42,331 nucleotides of DNA from positions 1 through 42,331 of IMG/VR virus record IMGVR_UViG_3300042566_000161; one strand, written 5' to 3'. A program made the translations under genes and the position numbers. The stretch is from a virus. Taxonomy: Duplodnaviria; Caudoviricetes. This document shows, piece by piece, positions 6,396 through 16,151 of this stretch (positions are counted from its first letter, which is position 1; the number at the start of each line of letters is the position of its first letter). The notes under the pieces are model-generated. The model searched no databases and was not told the origin of the DNA. It saw only the letters and a program-made list of their open reading frames with translations.

Positions 6396-6601
6396 TCGCC
6401 CTGTTCTGCACCTGCTTCGTCATCCTGCTGTTTTCTGTGCTGTTCGCTCGCATCATCAGCAACGGCATTCGTGAACTGGCGGGCAGCAAGGTCGTGATCG
6501 CAGCCGTCACGGCGCGTCAGGCCATCAACATCTTCATCGCGCTCGCCACCGTCTCGGGTCTCGGCGCACTCGTGTCGGGGCTGGGTCTGCTTTTCTACTG
6601 A
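6392..6601 (+). CDS. Small membrane protein (69 aa, 2 TM)
   Basis: ATGA overlap; two hydrophobic stretches. Confidence 0.75.
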   Translation: MIALFCTCFVILLFSVLFARIISNGIRELAGSKVVIAAVTARQAINIFIALATVSGLGALVSGLGLLFY

Positions 6602-6706
6602 ACCACGGGCCGCTGTGCGAACGTCTAATGCTGCCGACCTAGGGCTAAGGCCGAGGTAGGATCGGGTAACTACGTAGCCCCGAGCGGTCCACCATAAGGA
6701 GGACTC

Positions 6707-7552
6707 GTGTCTGATCGGAAGTTAGAGCTGTCTGAGTGGTATCCACAAGCAGCAGGACTATCAGTAGGTCAGCGGCGACGTGGCGATCACGACTGCGGCG
6801 ACCCGGGCAGCCTGCTGCTGTCGCGCGACGACACTGGGTACATGGCTTACTGCTTCCGATGTGGAGGACGAGGAACTAAGAAAGAGCAGGAGAGTCAAGA
6901 AAAAAGAATCGCGCGCCTTGCGCATGAAGAGAACGCGGATAGCAACGCTCGCTTGTCAGTCGAGCTGCCTACTCCACGAGTCTACACGTTGCGCGAGTGG
7001 CCCCAAGCTGCGGCGCTGTGGTTCTACAAGATGGGACTCTCGCCATCGAAGATTGCCGAACTCAGGATGTACTGGTGCCCCGACATGGGGCGGGTAGTGC
7101 TCCCGATCTTTGAGGCCGATCAACCTGTATACTGGACCGCCCGTTCGCATACGCGAACACCGAAGTGGATAGGGCCGAGGCTCCCGAAGGACGGCCTCGC
7201 AGCTAAGTTCGCTGTCGGCAAGGGCGACACCGTCGTGCTGTGCGAAGACCCGCTCAGTGCGTACAAGGTGAGCAGTGTCACAGAGAGTTGGTCGCTGCTG
7301 GGCACTAAGCTGCACTCCCGCCACATCGCTGAGTTGATGGCCGCTAGAAAGCGTGTCGCCGTTTGGCTCGACGACGATGTAGGTAGGCGAGGAGGAAAGA
7401 ATCCTGGGCAGCAGGCTGCGCGTGAGATCATCGCGCGCCTGCGCGCCGTGGGTCTCGAAGTTCGGAACGTGAAGTCCGAGCGAGACCCGAAGTATTACAA
7501 CCACAACTACATAGAGGAGGCGCTGCATGTTCGAGTATCTGTGGTATCGTAG
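6707..7552 (+). CDS. DNA primase (Zn-binding domain plus TOPRIM)
   Basis: RBS AAGGAGG and GTG start; HDC...YCFRC Zn site; LCEDPLSA and WLDDD TOPRIM motifs. Confidence 0.9.
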   Translation: MSDRKLELSEWYPQAAGLSVGQRRRGDHDCGDPGSLLLSRDDTGYMAYCFRCGGRGTKKEQESQEKRIARLAHEENADSNARLSVELPTPRVYTLREWPQAAALWFYKMGLSPSKIAELRMYWCPDMGRVVLPIFEADQPVYWTARSHTRTPKWIGPRLPKDGLAAKFAVGKGDTVVLCEDPLSAYKVSSVTESWSLLGTKLHSRHIAELMAARKRVAVWLDDDVGRRGGKNPGQQAAREIIARLRAVGLEVRNVKSERDPKYYNHNYIEEALHVRVSVVS

Positions 7553-7565
7553 TGGTATGGAATGA
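7527..7565 (+). CDS. 12-aa mini-ORF (MFEYLWYRSGME) coupling primase and helicase
   Basis: Strong RBS GAGGAGG 6 nt upstream; its stop overlaps the helicase start (ATGA). Confidence 0.5.
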   Translation: MFEYLWYRSGME

Positions 7566-8851
7566 GTATCGACATCCACCTGCTGCGGCTCGGCAAGACA
7601 CGCAAGAACTACAACCGCCTGAACCCGGGCCTGCCCGAAGCAGGCATCGCCGAGACCACGCTCAAGGTGTGGCGTTCGCTCGGTGCGTTCTACGAGGAGT
7701 TCCCGGAGTGCGAGGCGCTCCACTTGCCCACGTTCAAGACGTGGTTCCTCGACTTCAAGCACCAGTCCATGCCCGAGTCCGACGTGCCGATCTACGACGG
7801 CATCATGCGACAGATGACGGACGACGTGCCGAAGGAACTGGAAGATGGACTGATGGAGCGCCTGCTCCAGTCCGAGCTGTCTGTCGAGATCATCAGCACG
7901 CTGGAGCGGTACGCTTCGGGCGACGAGATCGACTTGCACACCGCAGTGCAGGCACACCTCGACACGTACTCCGACCGCATCGACCGCAAGGTCAAGACTC
8001 CGCTCGTGCGCGACGACCTCGACGCGCTGATGGAAGCAGACGAGCAAGACCGTGGCGTGAACTGGCGACTCCACGCGCTGCGCCGCTCGATGCGTCCGCT
8101 GCGTGGTGGCGACTTCGGCATTTGGGCGGGCCGCCCTGACCGTGGCAAGACCACTGGCCTCGCGTCCGAGTGCTCGTACTGGACTCCGCAGCTCGACATC
8201 GTGTGGCCGGGCGAAGACCGCGTGGGCATCTGGTTCAACAACGAAGGCCCCGGCAAGCGCATCAAGCAGCGGTACTATCAGGCCGCGCTGGGCGTGACGC
8301 TTCCGGAAATGGTGGCGATGCACAAGGAGGGCAGGCTGGAACCCGCGCTGGTTACTGTGCTCGGCGAGGACTTCCGCGAGCGGATGCTGTTCTTCGACGT
8401 GCATGGCTTCTGGTCGCACGAAGTCGAGGCCATCATCAAGCAGCACAACGTCGGCTTCGCCATCTTCGACATGATCGACAACATCAAGTTCTCGGGAATG
8501 ACGAACAACAACGGGCAGCGCACGGATCAGCTCCTCGAAGAAATGTACAAGTGGGGGCGCAACCTCGCAGTGAAGCACGACTTTGTTGGCGTGGCCGCAT
8601 CGCAGATCAGCGCCGAGGGAGAGGGTCAGCCGTACCCGCCGCAGTCCGCACTCAAGGACAGCAAGACTGGCAAGCAAGGGGCGTGCGACTTCATCATCAT
8701 GCAAGGTGCGCTTAACGATCCGGCGATGGATCGCTCCCGCTACATGGGCGTGCCGAAGAACAAGCTGCACCGCAGCGGCGGTCCGCGTGATCCGCGTGCC
8801 GAGGTGGTGTTCGATGCCGAGCGTGCCCGCCTCTCTGACCCGGAGGATTGA
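7562..8851 (+). CDS. DnaB-like (SF4) replicative helicase
   Basis: Walker A GRPDRGKT; IFDMID; ASQ; LKDSKTGKQGACD; KNK motifs. Confidence 0.93.
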   Translation: MSIDIHLLRLGKTRKNYNRLNPGLPEAGIAETTLKVWRSLGAFYEEFPECEALHLPTFKTWFLDFKHQSMPESDVPIYDGIMRQMTDDVPKELEDGLMERLLQSELSVEIISTLERYASGDEIDLHTAVQAHLDTYSDRIDRKVKTPLVRDDLDALMEADEQDRGVNWRLHALRRSMRPLRGGDFGIWAGRPDRGKTTGLASECSYWTPQLDIVWPGEDRVGIWFNNEGPGKRIKQRYYQAALGVTLPEMVAMHKEGRLEPALVTVLGEDFRERMLFFDVHGFWSHEVEAIIKQHNVGFAIFDMIDNIKFSGMTNNNGQRTDQLLEEMYKWGRNLAVKHDFVGVAASQISAEGEGQPYPPQSALKDSKTGKQGACDFIIMQGALNDPAMDRSRYMGVPKNKLHRSGGPRDPRAEVVFDAERARLSDPED

Positions 8852-8853
8852 GC

Positions 8854-9069
8854 ATGATCTACGAAGGCGTGGAAGTCACCGGCCACTCCGTCTACCACGA
8901 CGGTAAGCAGATGGTCGGTGACGTATGGAAGTTCGGCGAAGTCAGCCGCATAGTGATGGTGTTCCGAAGAATCTTCTACAACTTCTCAAAGGCTGACGCG
9001 GAGCTTCTGCTTCGCGAGGCATTCAATGAGGAGCCGGAAGCCAAGAGAAAGATGGAGGCGCACACATGA
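8854..9069 (+). CDS. Hypothetical protein (71 aa)
   Basis: RBS GGAGG 7 nt before ATG8854; ATGA overlap with the polymerase. Confidence 0.75.
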   Translation: MIYEGVEVTGHSVYHDGKQMVGDVWKFGEVSRIVMVFRRIFYNFSKADAELLLREAFNEEPEAKRKMEAHT

Positions 9070-11435
9070 GATGCACCACCTTCGACTTGGAGACCACGAT
9101 CCGTCGTCTCTTCAAGCGCAAAGCATCACCGTTCTACAAGTCCAACCAGATCGTGGCGGTGGGCTACAAGTCCCTGTCCGACGTGGGCACATCGGGGCGC
9201 TACCTTCCCGAGAACCCGGACCCTCGCTGGTTCATCGACCTGCTCGATAGCTGCGACTTGCTCATCGGGTTCAACATCAAGTTCGACATCCTGCACTGCA
9301 TGGCCGACCCGGAGTTCCGCAAGGCATGGATCAGGTGGATCGTGCGCGGCGGTCAACTGTGGGACGTGCAACTCGGGGAGTACCTGCTCTACGGCATGGA
9401 CCCCAAGCATCACATGCTGTCGCTCGACGAGGTAGCTCCGCGCTACGGCGGCTCTCTCAAGAACGATGCAGTCAAGGCTTTGTGGGCCGCAGGCGTGGAT
9501 ACCACGGAGATCGACCGTGATCTCCTGATGGAATACCTGCTCGGTGCGAAGGGCGACCCAAACGATCATGGCGACATCGGCAACACGGAGCTGTGCTTCC
9601 GTGGTCAGCTTGCTGCCTTTCGCGCGCGCAACGGTCTGAACTCTGCGCTGCTCAACATGGGCGCACTGGTGTTCACGATCGAGGCCGAGTTCAACGGCAT
9701 GTTCATCCACAAGGAGCGCGCCGAAGAACTGCGCGCCGAAGTGCTGGAAGAACTGCAAGACGCAGAGGCGCGGTTGTTCTCTTACGTTGCTGATCTGCCC
9801 TACGAGTTCAAGTGGACTTCGCCGAAGCAGCTCTCCGCCTTGATCTTTGGCGGCGAGGTGACTTACGAGACGAGACAAGAAAAGCGCGACGAGCACGGGG
9901 AACTCGTGTACTTCCAGAAGGAAGAGGAGCACGTCCTCCTGCTCGATGGCACGACCAAGCGCGCCGACCAACTCGTGGAGTGGGAGTGGGGCACAAACGT
10001 GCAACGCTTCGCAGGCGGCAAGAACAAGGGGATGCCGAAGACCAAGAAGGTCAAGGTTCCTGACTTCGAGCGCGGCCCCAAGATCGAGAAGGTCGAGAAG
10101 GTTTACACGTTCCCGGGATACGCAAAGCCCGAGAAGAGGTGGGAAAGTAAGAGCACTCCCGGCGTGTACTCCACTGCGTCCGAGATCATCAAGGAACTTG
10201 GCGAGTTGTATGGCGATGGCGTGCCATTCCTGAAAGACCTGTCAACCAGAGCGAAGCTCGCGAAAGACCTCGGCACCTACTACTACAGCGAGGACGCCGA
10301 GAGCGGGGAACGCAAGGGCATGATGACTCTGATCGGACCTGACGGTTTGATTCATCATCAGCTCAACATGACGAGCACCGTCACTGCGCGCCTGTCGTCA
10401 AGCGATCCGAATCTCCAGAACATCCCGAAGGGCGACAAGTCCAAGATCAAGTCCGTGTTCGTCTCGCGATTCGCGGACGGCAAGATCGTGCAGTCGGACT
10501 TCACTTCGCTCGAAGTCTACGTGCAGGCTATCCTCACGATGTGCAGGCAGTTGATCGAAGACTTGAAGTCCGGTCTCGACATGCACTGTGCTCGCGCCAT
10601 GACGGCGTGGGGCAAGAAGCACGGCGTCACCTACGAGTACATCCTCGCTGCGGCCAAGGACGAGAACCACCCCGAGCACACGAAGTGGAAGAAGCTCCGC
10701 AACATCGCCAAGATTTTCAGCTTCCAGCGTGCCTACGGTGCAGGTGTCAAGAAGATCGCAGCCTTCACCGGTATGCCAGAGGAAGACATCGAAGCCCTGA
10801 TCGCAGCCGAGGCTGAGCGTTACCCGGAGATCGACGAGTTCTACGAGCAGCTCGCCGATGTGGTGAAGCGCAACCGTGTGCCGGGCAAGGTGTTCGTGCC
10901 GCACCCTGAGGTCAAGGGAGTCATGTGTCAGCTCGGCCGGTCCCACTACACCACGCCCGATGGCAAGGTGTACTCGTACCGTGAGCAGCCGTCGCCCGAG
11001 TACCTCGTCAAGAAGGGCATCAACCAGTCCTTCTCCCCGACCGAGCAGCGCAACTACGTCGTGCAGGGATCCGGCGGCGAGTGGGCCAAGGCTGCGATGT
11101 GGCTGTCGGTCCGCGCCTTCTACGCGAAAGAGAACTTCAACGAGCGCGCGCTGCTCGTGAACCAAGTGCATGACGCCGAGTACGTGGACTCCGCACCCGA
11201 GGTCTCCCTCGATGCTGCGGCCCTGCTCGAAGCGTGCATGCTCGAAGCAAGCAACTTCATGGAGTGGTACTTCAACTGGCCTCTCCCGCTCGGTGTCCCC
11301 ACCGAGACCAAGTACGGTGACTCGATGATGGAGGAGCACGACCTTCCGGCGTGCCATCCTCAGCGGGTTGCAGAGTACAGAGCGTGGGTCCGACAGACCC
11401 TCATTGGCAATCACAAACCAAGTTACGAGGAGTAA
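9066..11435 (+). CDS. Family A DNA polymerase with 3'-5' exonuclease
   Basis: FDLET, GFNIKFD, TARLSSSDPNLQN, SDFTSLE (motif A), AKIFSFQRAYG (B), QVHD (C). Confidence 0.97.
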   Translation: MRCTTFDLETTIRRLFKRKASPFYKSNQIVAVGYKSLSDVGTSGRYLPENPDPRWFIDLLDSCDLLIGFNIKFDILHCMADPEFRKAWIRWIVRGGQLWDVQLGEYLLYGMDPKHHMLSLDEVAPRYGGSLKNDAVKALWAAGVDTTEIDRDLLMEYLLGAKGDPNDHGDIGNTELCFRGQLAAFRARNGLNSALLNMGALVFTIEAEFNGMFIHKERAEELRAEVLEELQDAEARLFSYVADLPYEFKWTSPKQLSALIFGGEVTYETRQEKRDEHGELVYFQKEEEHVLLLDGTTKRADQLVEWEWGTNVQRFAGGKNKGMPKTKKVKVPDFERGPKIEKVEKVYTFPGYAKPEKRWESKSTPGVYSTASEIIKELGELYGDGVPFLKDLSTRAKLAKDLGTYYYSEDAESGERKGMMTLIGPDGLIHHQLNMTSTVTARLSSSDPNLQNIPKGDKSKIKSVFVSRFADGKIVQSDFTSLEVYVQAILTMCRQLIEDLKSGLDMHCARAMTAWGKKHGVTYEYILAAAKDENHPEHTKWKKLRNIAKIFSFQRAYGAGVKKIAAFTGMPEEDIEALIAAEAERYPEIDEFYEQLADVVKRNRVPGKVFVPHPEVKGVMCQLGRSHYTTPDGKVYSYREQPSPEYLVKKGINQSFSPTEQRNYVVQGSGGEWAKAAMWLSVRAFYAKENFNERALLVNQVHDAEYVDSAPEVSLDAAALLEACMLEASNFMEWYFNWPLPLGVPTETKYGDSMMEEHDLPACHPQRVAEYRAWVRQTLIGNHKPSYEE

Positions 11436-11441
11436 AGCACG

Positions 11442-12293
11442 ATGGCATTCAACATCAAAGATCGCGTCGCCAAGGCCGCGCAGACGAAGGATCACGCGAC
11501 GGCTTCGGGTGGCGGCGAGTACGCCCCGCACGAGAAGGGCCGCCCGAACCTGCGCTTCGTCGGCTACTACGAGCTGGGTCTGCACGAGGAGACGCACGGC
11601 AAGGCGAAGGGCAAGGTGCAGCCCAAGGTCTCCCTCGTCTTCGAGCTGTCCGGTCCGAAGTGGCAGCCGCGCGAAGTGGACGGCGTGAAGGTTCCGCTCA
11701 CGATGAAGCTGGACCTCAACCTCTCGACCAACGAGAAGGCGTGGTTCTACAAAATCTTCAAGGCCATGAACGCGGCGCACGGCAACAAGTACAAGTACAT
11801 GCCGGAGATGCTGGGTCTGGAGTTCCGTGGCGAGATCGAGCACAGCGAGCCGAAGGGCGACAACAAGCGCGTGTACGCCAACCTCAAGTACGACAGCATC
11901 GGCAAGGCGCAGAAGTACGACGACGACAAGGGCGAGTACGTCGCCGTCACCGTGGACCCGCCGCTGTCCCCGCTCAAGGGCTTCATCTGGGACGATGCCG
12001 ATCCCGAAATGTGGGATGACATCTTCATCCCCGGCGAGTACCCGGAGCGCAAGAACGACAAGGGCGAGGTCACGCACCCGGCAAAGTCCAAGAACTACTG
12101 GCAGCTCCGGATCGCGTCGGCCAAGAACTTCAAGGGCTGCCCGGTCTACGATTACGCCGAGGGCAAGATCGACAAGACCGCGCTCGCCGCCATGCAGGAC
12201 GCGCTCGGCACCGGCGACGAGGACTCCGTGCCCGACACCAGCGGCGACCAGTCCACTCCGGAACGCGCCGATCCGCTCGCCGGGGTGGCGTGA
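11442..12293 (+). CDS. Conserved replication protein (phiKMV-like post-polymerase gene; possible ssDNA-binding protein)
   Basis: Syntenic position after the polymerase; YYELGLH motif; acidic C-terminal tail. Confidence 0.7.
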   Translation: MAFNIKDRVAKAAQTKDHATASGGGEYAPHEKGRPNLRFVGYYELGLHEETHGKAKGKVQPKVSLVFELSGPKWQPREVDGVKVPLTMKLDLNLSTNEKAWFYKIFKAMNAAHGNKYKYMPEMLGLEFRGEIEHSEPKGDNKRVYANLKYDSIGKAQKYDDDKGEYVAVTVDPPLSPLKGFIWDDADPEMWDDIFIPGEYPERKNDKGEVTHPAKSKNYWQLRIASAKNFKGCPVYDYAEGKIDKTALAAMQDALGTGDEDSVPDTSGDQSTPERADPLAGVA

Positions 12294-13228
12294 TGGACAA
12301 CGCGCTCGCAAGAGCCATCGCGAAGGGCGCGGATTCCAAGGCCATGCCCTTCACCCAACACGTCGAGACGGTGCCCGGTCGGGTGCTGCACATCGACGGC
12401 GACTACGCCGCGTACTACTGCTCGGGCAAGGACGGTACTCCCATCGGCCTCGCCCGCCGCAACGTGATCGACCGCATCGAGAAGGCCGTGCGCGCTTCCG
12501 GTGCGGAGAGCGTGGACGTACACCTGACCAGCGGCAGCAGCCACAAGGGCTACCGCTACCTCATCGCCGAGAGCCGCCCGTACCAAGGGCAGCGCAACGC
12601 CGGGCGCAAGCCGGACAACTGGCACGCGCTCCGTGACTTCATGGAGAACTACGAGGGCAGCCTGTTCAACCCCGTGACGTGGAGCGACCGCGAGGCCGAC
12701 GACGGCATGGCGTACATGAGCGCGGTGCAGCTCGGTGCGGGCAAGTCCCCGGTGATCCACACCCGCGACAAGGACATGCGGATGTTCGGCGGCCTGCATC
12801 TGGAGTGGCAGACGTTCGTCTCGCACAACGTCCCGTTCAACTGCTTCGAGAGCTACGACCGCGACGGTCTGATGTACGGGCACAAGTGGTTCTGGTCGCA
12901 GATGCTGACCGGCGACAGCGCCGACCACATCCCGGGTCTGCCGCGTGCCGGCAAGGAAGCCGCGCTCCGCATCCTGCGGGACGTTCGCAACAACGAGCAG
13001 GCGTTCGGGGTCGTGACCGAACTGTACCGCAGCAAGATCGGCGACCGCTGGGCGGACTACTTCGTCGAGCAGGCGAGTCTGCTGTGGATGCGTGTCTGCC
13101 CGCTGGTGAACATCACGGACTACCTGCGCATCATGCCGGGTAACGAGGACGTGAACAACGCCTCGACCCGCATGGTGCAGAGAGTGCAGGAAGCACTCGC
13201 CACCATCGAAGCGTACTCGTGCGGCTGA
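12290..13228 (+). CDS. 5'-3' exonuclease (T7 gp6 / PIN-like)
   Basis: HIDGD, YQGQR, EADD, DKD, QMLTGDSADHIPGL H3TH motif. Confidence 0.92.
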   Translation: MMDNALARAIAKGADSKAMPFTQHVETVPGRVLHIDGDYAAYYCSGKDGTPIGLARRNVIDRIEKAVRASGAESVDVHLTSGSSHKGYRYLIAESRPYQGQRNAGRKPDNWHALRDFMENYEGSLFNPVTWSDREADDGMAYMSAVQLGAGKSPVIHTRDKDMRMFGGLHLEWQTFVSHNVPFNCFESYDRDGLMYGHKWFWSQMLTGDSADHIPGLPRAGKEAALRILRDVRNNEQAFGVVTELYRSKIGDRWADYFVEQASLLWMRVCPLVNITDYLRIMPGNEDVNNASTRMVQRVQEALATIEAYSCG

Positions 13229-13593
13229 CCGCCTCGCAGATCGCTTCGGTCCGTGCCTCCTTCCTTGCGCAGCAGGGAGGGAGGTGCGCCATCTGTCAGC
13301 AGGCGTTGCCCGCATCGAAGGCCGTGCTCGACCACGACCATTCTACGGGAGCAGTTCGCGGTGTTCTGCATCGCGGCTGCAACTCCCTGCTCGGCAAGCT
13401 GGAGAACAACGCGGCGCGCTACGGCGTCCCCAACATCGGGGTATTCACCAACGGCGTGGCTGCGTACCTCCGGCTCCACCTCACCAACACCACCGGGTAC
13501 ATACACCCGACCCACCGAACCCCGGACGAGAAGCGAATCCTGCGCAACGCTCGCGCACGCAAAGCTCGGGCAACCAAGAGGAGTACCGAGTGA
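13219..13593 (+). CDS. Endonuclease VII-type Holliday junction resolvase
   Basis: QGGRCAIC...LDHDH..GAVRGVLHRGCN motif. Confidence 0.92.
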   Translation: MRLTASQIASVRASFLAQQGGRCAICQQALPASKAVLDHDHSTGAVRGVLHRGCNSLLGKLENNAARYGVPNIGVFTNGVAAYLRLHLTNTTGYIHPTHRTPDEKRILRNARARKARATKRSTE

Positions 13594-14420
13594 CTCTTAC
13601 CAAGTTCCTCAGCCGCGCTCCGAAGAAAGGCCCGAAGATTCTGTGCCTCGACATCGAGACGTTCCCCATCGAGTTCTACGGGTGGGGCATGTTCAACAAC
13701 AACTTCGGCGTCCCGCAGATCAAGCGGGATTGGAGTCTGATGTCCTTCGCAGCGGAGTGGCTGGACAACGACCGCGACACGTTCTACATGGACCAGAGCC
13801 GCGAGGCCGACGTGTTCGACGACCGCAAGCAAGCGGACGCACTGCACGCCCTGCTGTGCCGGGCGGACTTCGTGCTCGCTCGCAACGGCAAGAAGTTCGA
13901 CCTGCGCAAGATCAAGGCGCGACTCGCGATCCTCGGCCACGGCCCGATCAGTCCGGTGCAGGTCATCGACCCCATGCTGCTGAACCGCGACGAGTTCGGT
14001 TTCACGTCGCACAAGCTGGAGTACACTACCGGCGTCATCGTGCCGGAGCTGCGCAAGTACGACCACAAGAAGTTCCCGGGCTTCGAGCTTTGGCTCGCGT
14101 GTATGCAGAACCTGCCGGGGGCGTGGAAGGAGTGCAAGGCGTACAACATCATCGACGTGAAAGCGATGAAGGCCGAGTACAAGAAGCTGCGCGGCTGGTA
14201 CAGCAGGCACCCGAACATCGCCGTGTACCACAAGGCTGACGGTAGCACGCACCGCTGCAACAAGTGCGGCCACGACGAAATGGTCCCGCAGGATCGCCCG
14301 GCTCGCACGCAGATCGGTACATACCTGATGCTCCAATGCACGCAATGTGGCGGGTACTCCCGCGCACGGCGACTCACTACCACCATCGAAGAGCGCGCGC
14401 ACATCACCGTGCCCGCGTAA
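13590..14420 (+). CDS. RNase H-like / DnaQ-like 3'-5' exonuclease with C-terminal Zn ribbon
   Basis: GTG13590 after GAGGAG; LDIET, NGKKFD, YNIIDV; CxxCG...CxxCG. Confidence 0.88.
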   Translation: MTLTKFLSRAPKKGPKILCLDIETFPIEFYGWGMFNNNFGVPQIKRDWSLMSFAAEWLDNDRDTFYMDQSREADVFDDRKQADALHALLCRADFVLARNGKKFDLRKIKARLAILGHGPISPVQVIDPMLLNRDEFGFTSHKLEYTTGVIVPELRKYDHKKFPGFELWLACMQNLPGAWKECKAYNIIDVKAMKAEYKKLRGWYSRHPNIAVYHKADGSTHRCNKCGHDEMVPQDRPARTQIGTYLMLQCTQCGGYSRARRLTTTIEERAHITVPA

Positions 14421-14429
14421 GGAGAACAG

Positions 14430-14756
14430 ATGCACCGCATCCAATCCCCGCTCCCCGAAGACTCGGCGGCGCGCAAAGAGTACCCGCTGCAACGCGGGCT
14501 GCTCGACTACTTCCCTGCCGCGCTTGCCGCCGTGGCGAAGCACAGCTACGAGGGAAACAAGAAACACAACCCCGGCGAGACAAACCTGCGCCACGCTCGC
14601 GAGAAGAGCGGCGACCACCTCGATGCGCTCCTGCGCCACGTAATGGAACGAGACCTCGAAGGCGCGGCGTGGCGCGCACTGGCCGCGTTGCAAGAGCAGC
14701 TCGAAGTGGAGGGCGCACCTCTGGCACCGGCCGCGTACTACGATGCAAAGCCGTAA
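14430..14756 (+). CDS. DUF5664-like dATP/dGTP diphosphohydrolase domain protein
   Basis: FPAAL.AVA..S..GN.KH...DH.DAL.RH...AAWRALA pattern; RBS AAGGAG. Confidence 0.7.
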   Translation: MHRIQSPLPEDSAARKEYPLQRGLLDYFPAALAAVAKHSYEGNKKHNPGETNLRHAREKSGDHLDALLRHVMERDLEGAAWRALAALQEQLEVEGAPLAPAAYYDAKP

Positions 14757-14952
14757 GCGCAGCTTGAAAGAAGCAGCGGTAAATATCGCCGTCGGCTTCT
14801 CTATCAATTACTGTGCGAACCTCGTGATACTGCCGCTGCTGTGGAACGGGAACAACCCGTTCCTCGGCGGCCTGTACATCGGCATCGCGTTCACCATCAT
14901 AAGCTGCGTGAGGCAGTACGCCATACGTCGCTGGTTCACCAAGGGAGACTGA
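14743..14952 (+). CDS. Small phage membrane protein (69 aa)
   Basis: MQS..RSL.EA..N..VG...R.Y..RR.F pattern; two TM segments. Confidence 0.75.
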   Translation: MQSRKRSLKEAAVNIAVGFSINYCANLVILPLLWNGNNPFLGGLYIGIAFTIISCVRQYAIRRWFTKGD

Positions 14953-14955
14953 TAC

Positions 14956-15246
14956 ATGAAAGCACTGCACGACCGCCTCGTCGCACAGTACGACCACATC
15001 CGCATCCACCGCACCCATCCCGACGGCACTCCGTTCTCCAAGAGCGAGGCGCTGCAAGCCGCCATCGACGAGGTCTACACGATGCGTCCGGACTGGGCGC
15101 GCGCCGATCTCTACGCCAAGCTGATGGAGAACTGGAACGACTACGTGGGCATCGCCCTGAAAATCCACGTCCGCCATCAGCTCATGGCGTGGGAGAACTG
15201 GTACGTCCGCGAGGGCAAGCCGCCGGTGCAGGAGACCAAGGAATGA
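14956..15246 (+). CDS. Hypothetical protein (96 aa)
   Basis: RBS GGAG; codon bias. Confidence 0.8.
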   Translation: MKALHDRLVAQYDHIRIHRTHPDGTPFSKSEALQAAIDEVYTMRPDWARADLYAKLMENWNDYVGIALKIHVRHQLMAWENWYVREGKPPVQETKE

Positions 15247-16151
15247 CGATGCTCGTCCACAAGCCCGTCGAACTCGACAAGGTGAAGAAGGCCAAGCGCC
15301 CGAGCGAGCACGACCTGCAAAACTACTACATCGTCCAGCCGAAGTACGACGGCTGCGCGCTGGTGGTCTTCGTCCACAGCATCGCCGACGCCAACGGCAA
15401 CTTCTCGACGAAAATCCGCACCCGTACCGGCGAGAACGTGGTGTCCTGTCAGCACATCGAAGAAGCCCTCGCGAAGTTCCCGGCCATCGAGCCGGGTGTC
15501 TACTTCGGCGAAGCGTGGGAGCCGGGGCGCACCGCTGCCGAGATCAGCGGCGACGTGCGTAGGCATACCGAAGCGCCCAGTCTCCAGCTCGTCGTCTACG
15601 ATTACGTGACTCACGAGGAGTTCGCGAACGGCAAGTCCGACCTCGGCTACGAAGAGCGCATCGAGCGCCTGCCCGAGACCTTCTTCCGCATCGCGCAGGA
15701 AGGCAACCCGGTGTGGCCCGCCACCTGCGAAGGCACGCTCGCGGATTACGGCCTGACGGCCGATGAGGCCGCGAAGCAGTACGTCGCACTCGGCGGCTAC
15801 GACGGCATCATCCTGCGCGATCCGCGAGGCAAGTGGGCGCAAGGCGTCGGCACCAACGGCGAGATCATCAAGGTCAAGACCAAGCTGTCCTTCGCACTGC
15901 GCGTCGTCGGCTGGGAGCCGGGCAAGGGCAAGCACACCGGGAAGATCGGCACGCTGCTGGTCAGCTTCCGTGGCAAGACGCAGGGTGCGGGCACCGGCCT
16001 CAAGGACAGCGAGCGTCTGCTGGAGGAGTACAACGACCGCTGGGCCAACAAGATCGTGGAGATCGAAGCGATGGGCCTGACTGCCGATGGCCTGCTGCGC
16101 GAGCCGCGTCTCAAGGGCGTGCGTGTGGACGTGCTGGAGCCGGACGCATGA
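15243..16151 (+). CDS. ATP-dependent DNA ligase
   Basis: QPKYDG (motif I), FGE, YDY, DGIILRD, KVK, LREPR; start ATG15243 or 15249. Confidence 0.95.
   Translation: MTMLVHKPVELDKVKKAKRPSEHDLQNYYIVQPKYDGCALVVFVHSIADANGNFSTKIRTRTGENVVSCQHIEEALAKFPAIEPGVYFGEAWEPGRTAAEISGDVRRHTEAPSLQLVVYDYVTHEEFANGKSDLGYEERIERLPETFFRIAQEGNPVWPATCEGTLADYGLTADEAAKQYVALGGYDGIILRDPRGKWAQGVGTNGEIIKVKTKLSFALRVVGWEPGKGKHTGKIGTLLVSFRGKTQGAGTGLKDSERLLEEYNDRWANKIVEIEAMGLTADGLLREPRLKGVRVDVLEPDA

Noticed and set aside
6620-6690. Twister ribozyme resemblance (UAAUGCUGCC...GGUAAC...AGCCC)
   Set aside because: Lacks the conserved 3' GCAGAG strand and pseudoknot partners; retained only as a structured leader
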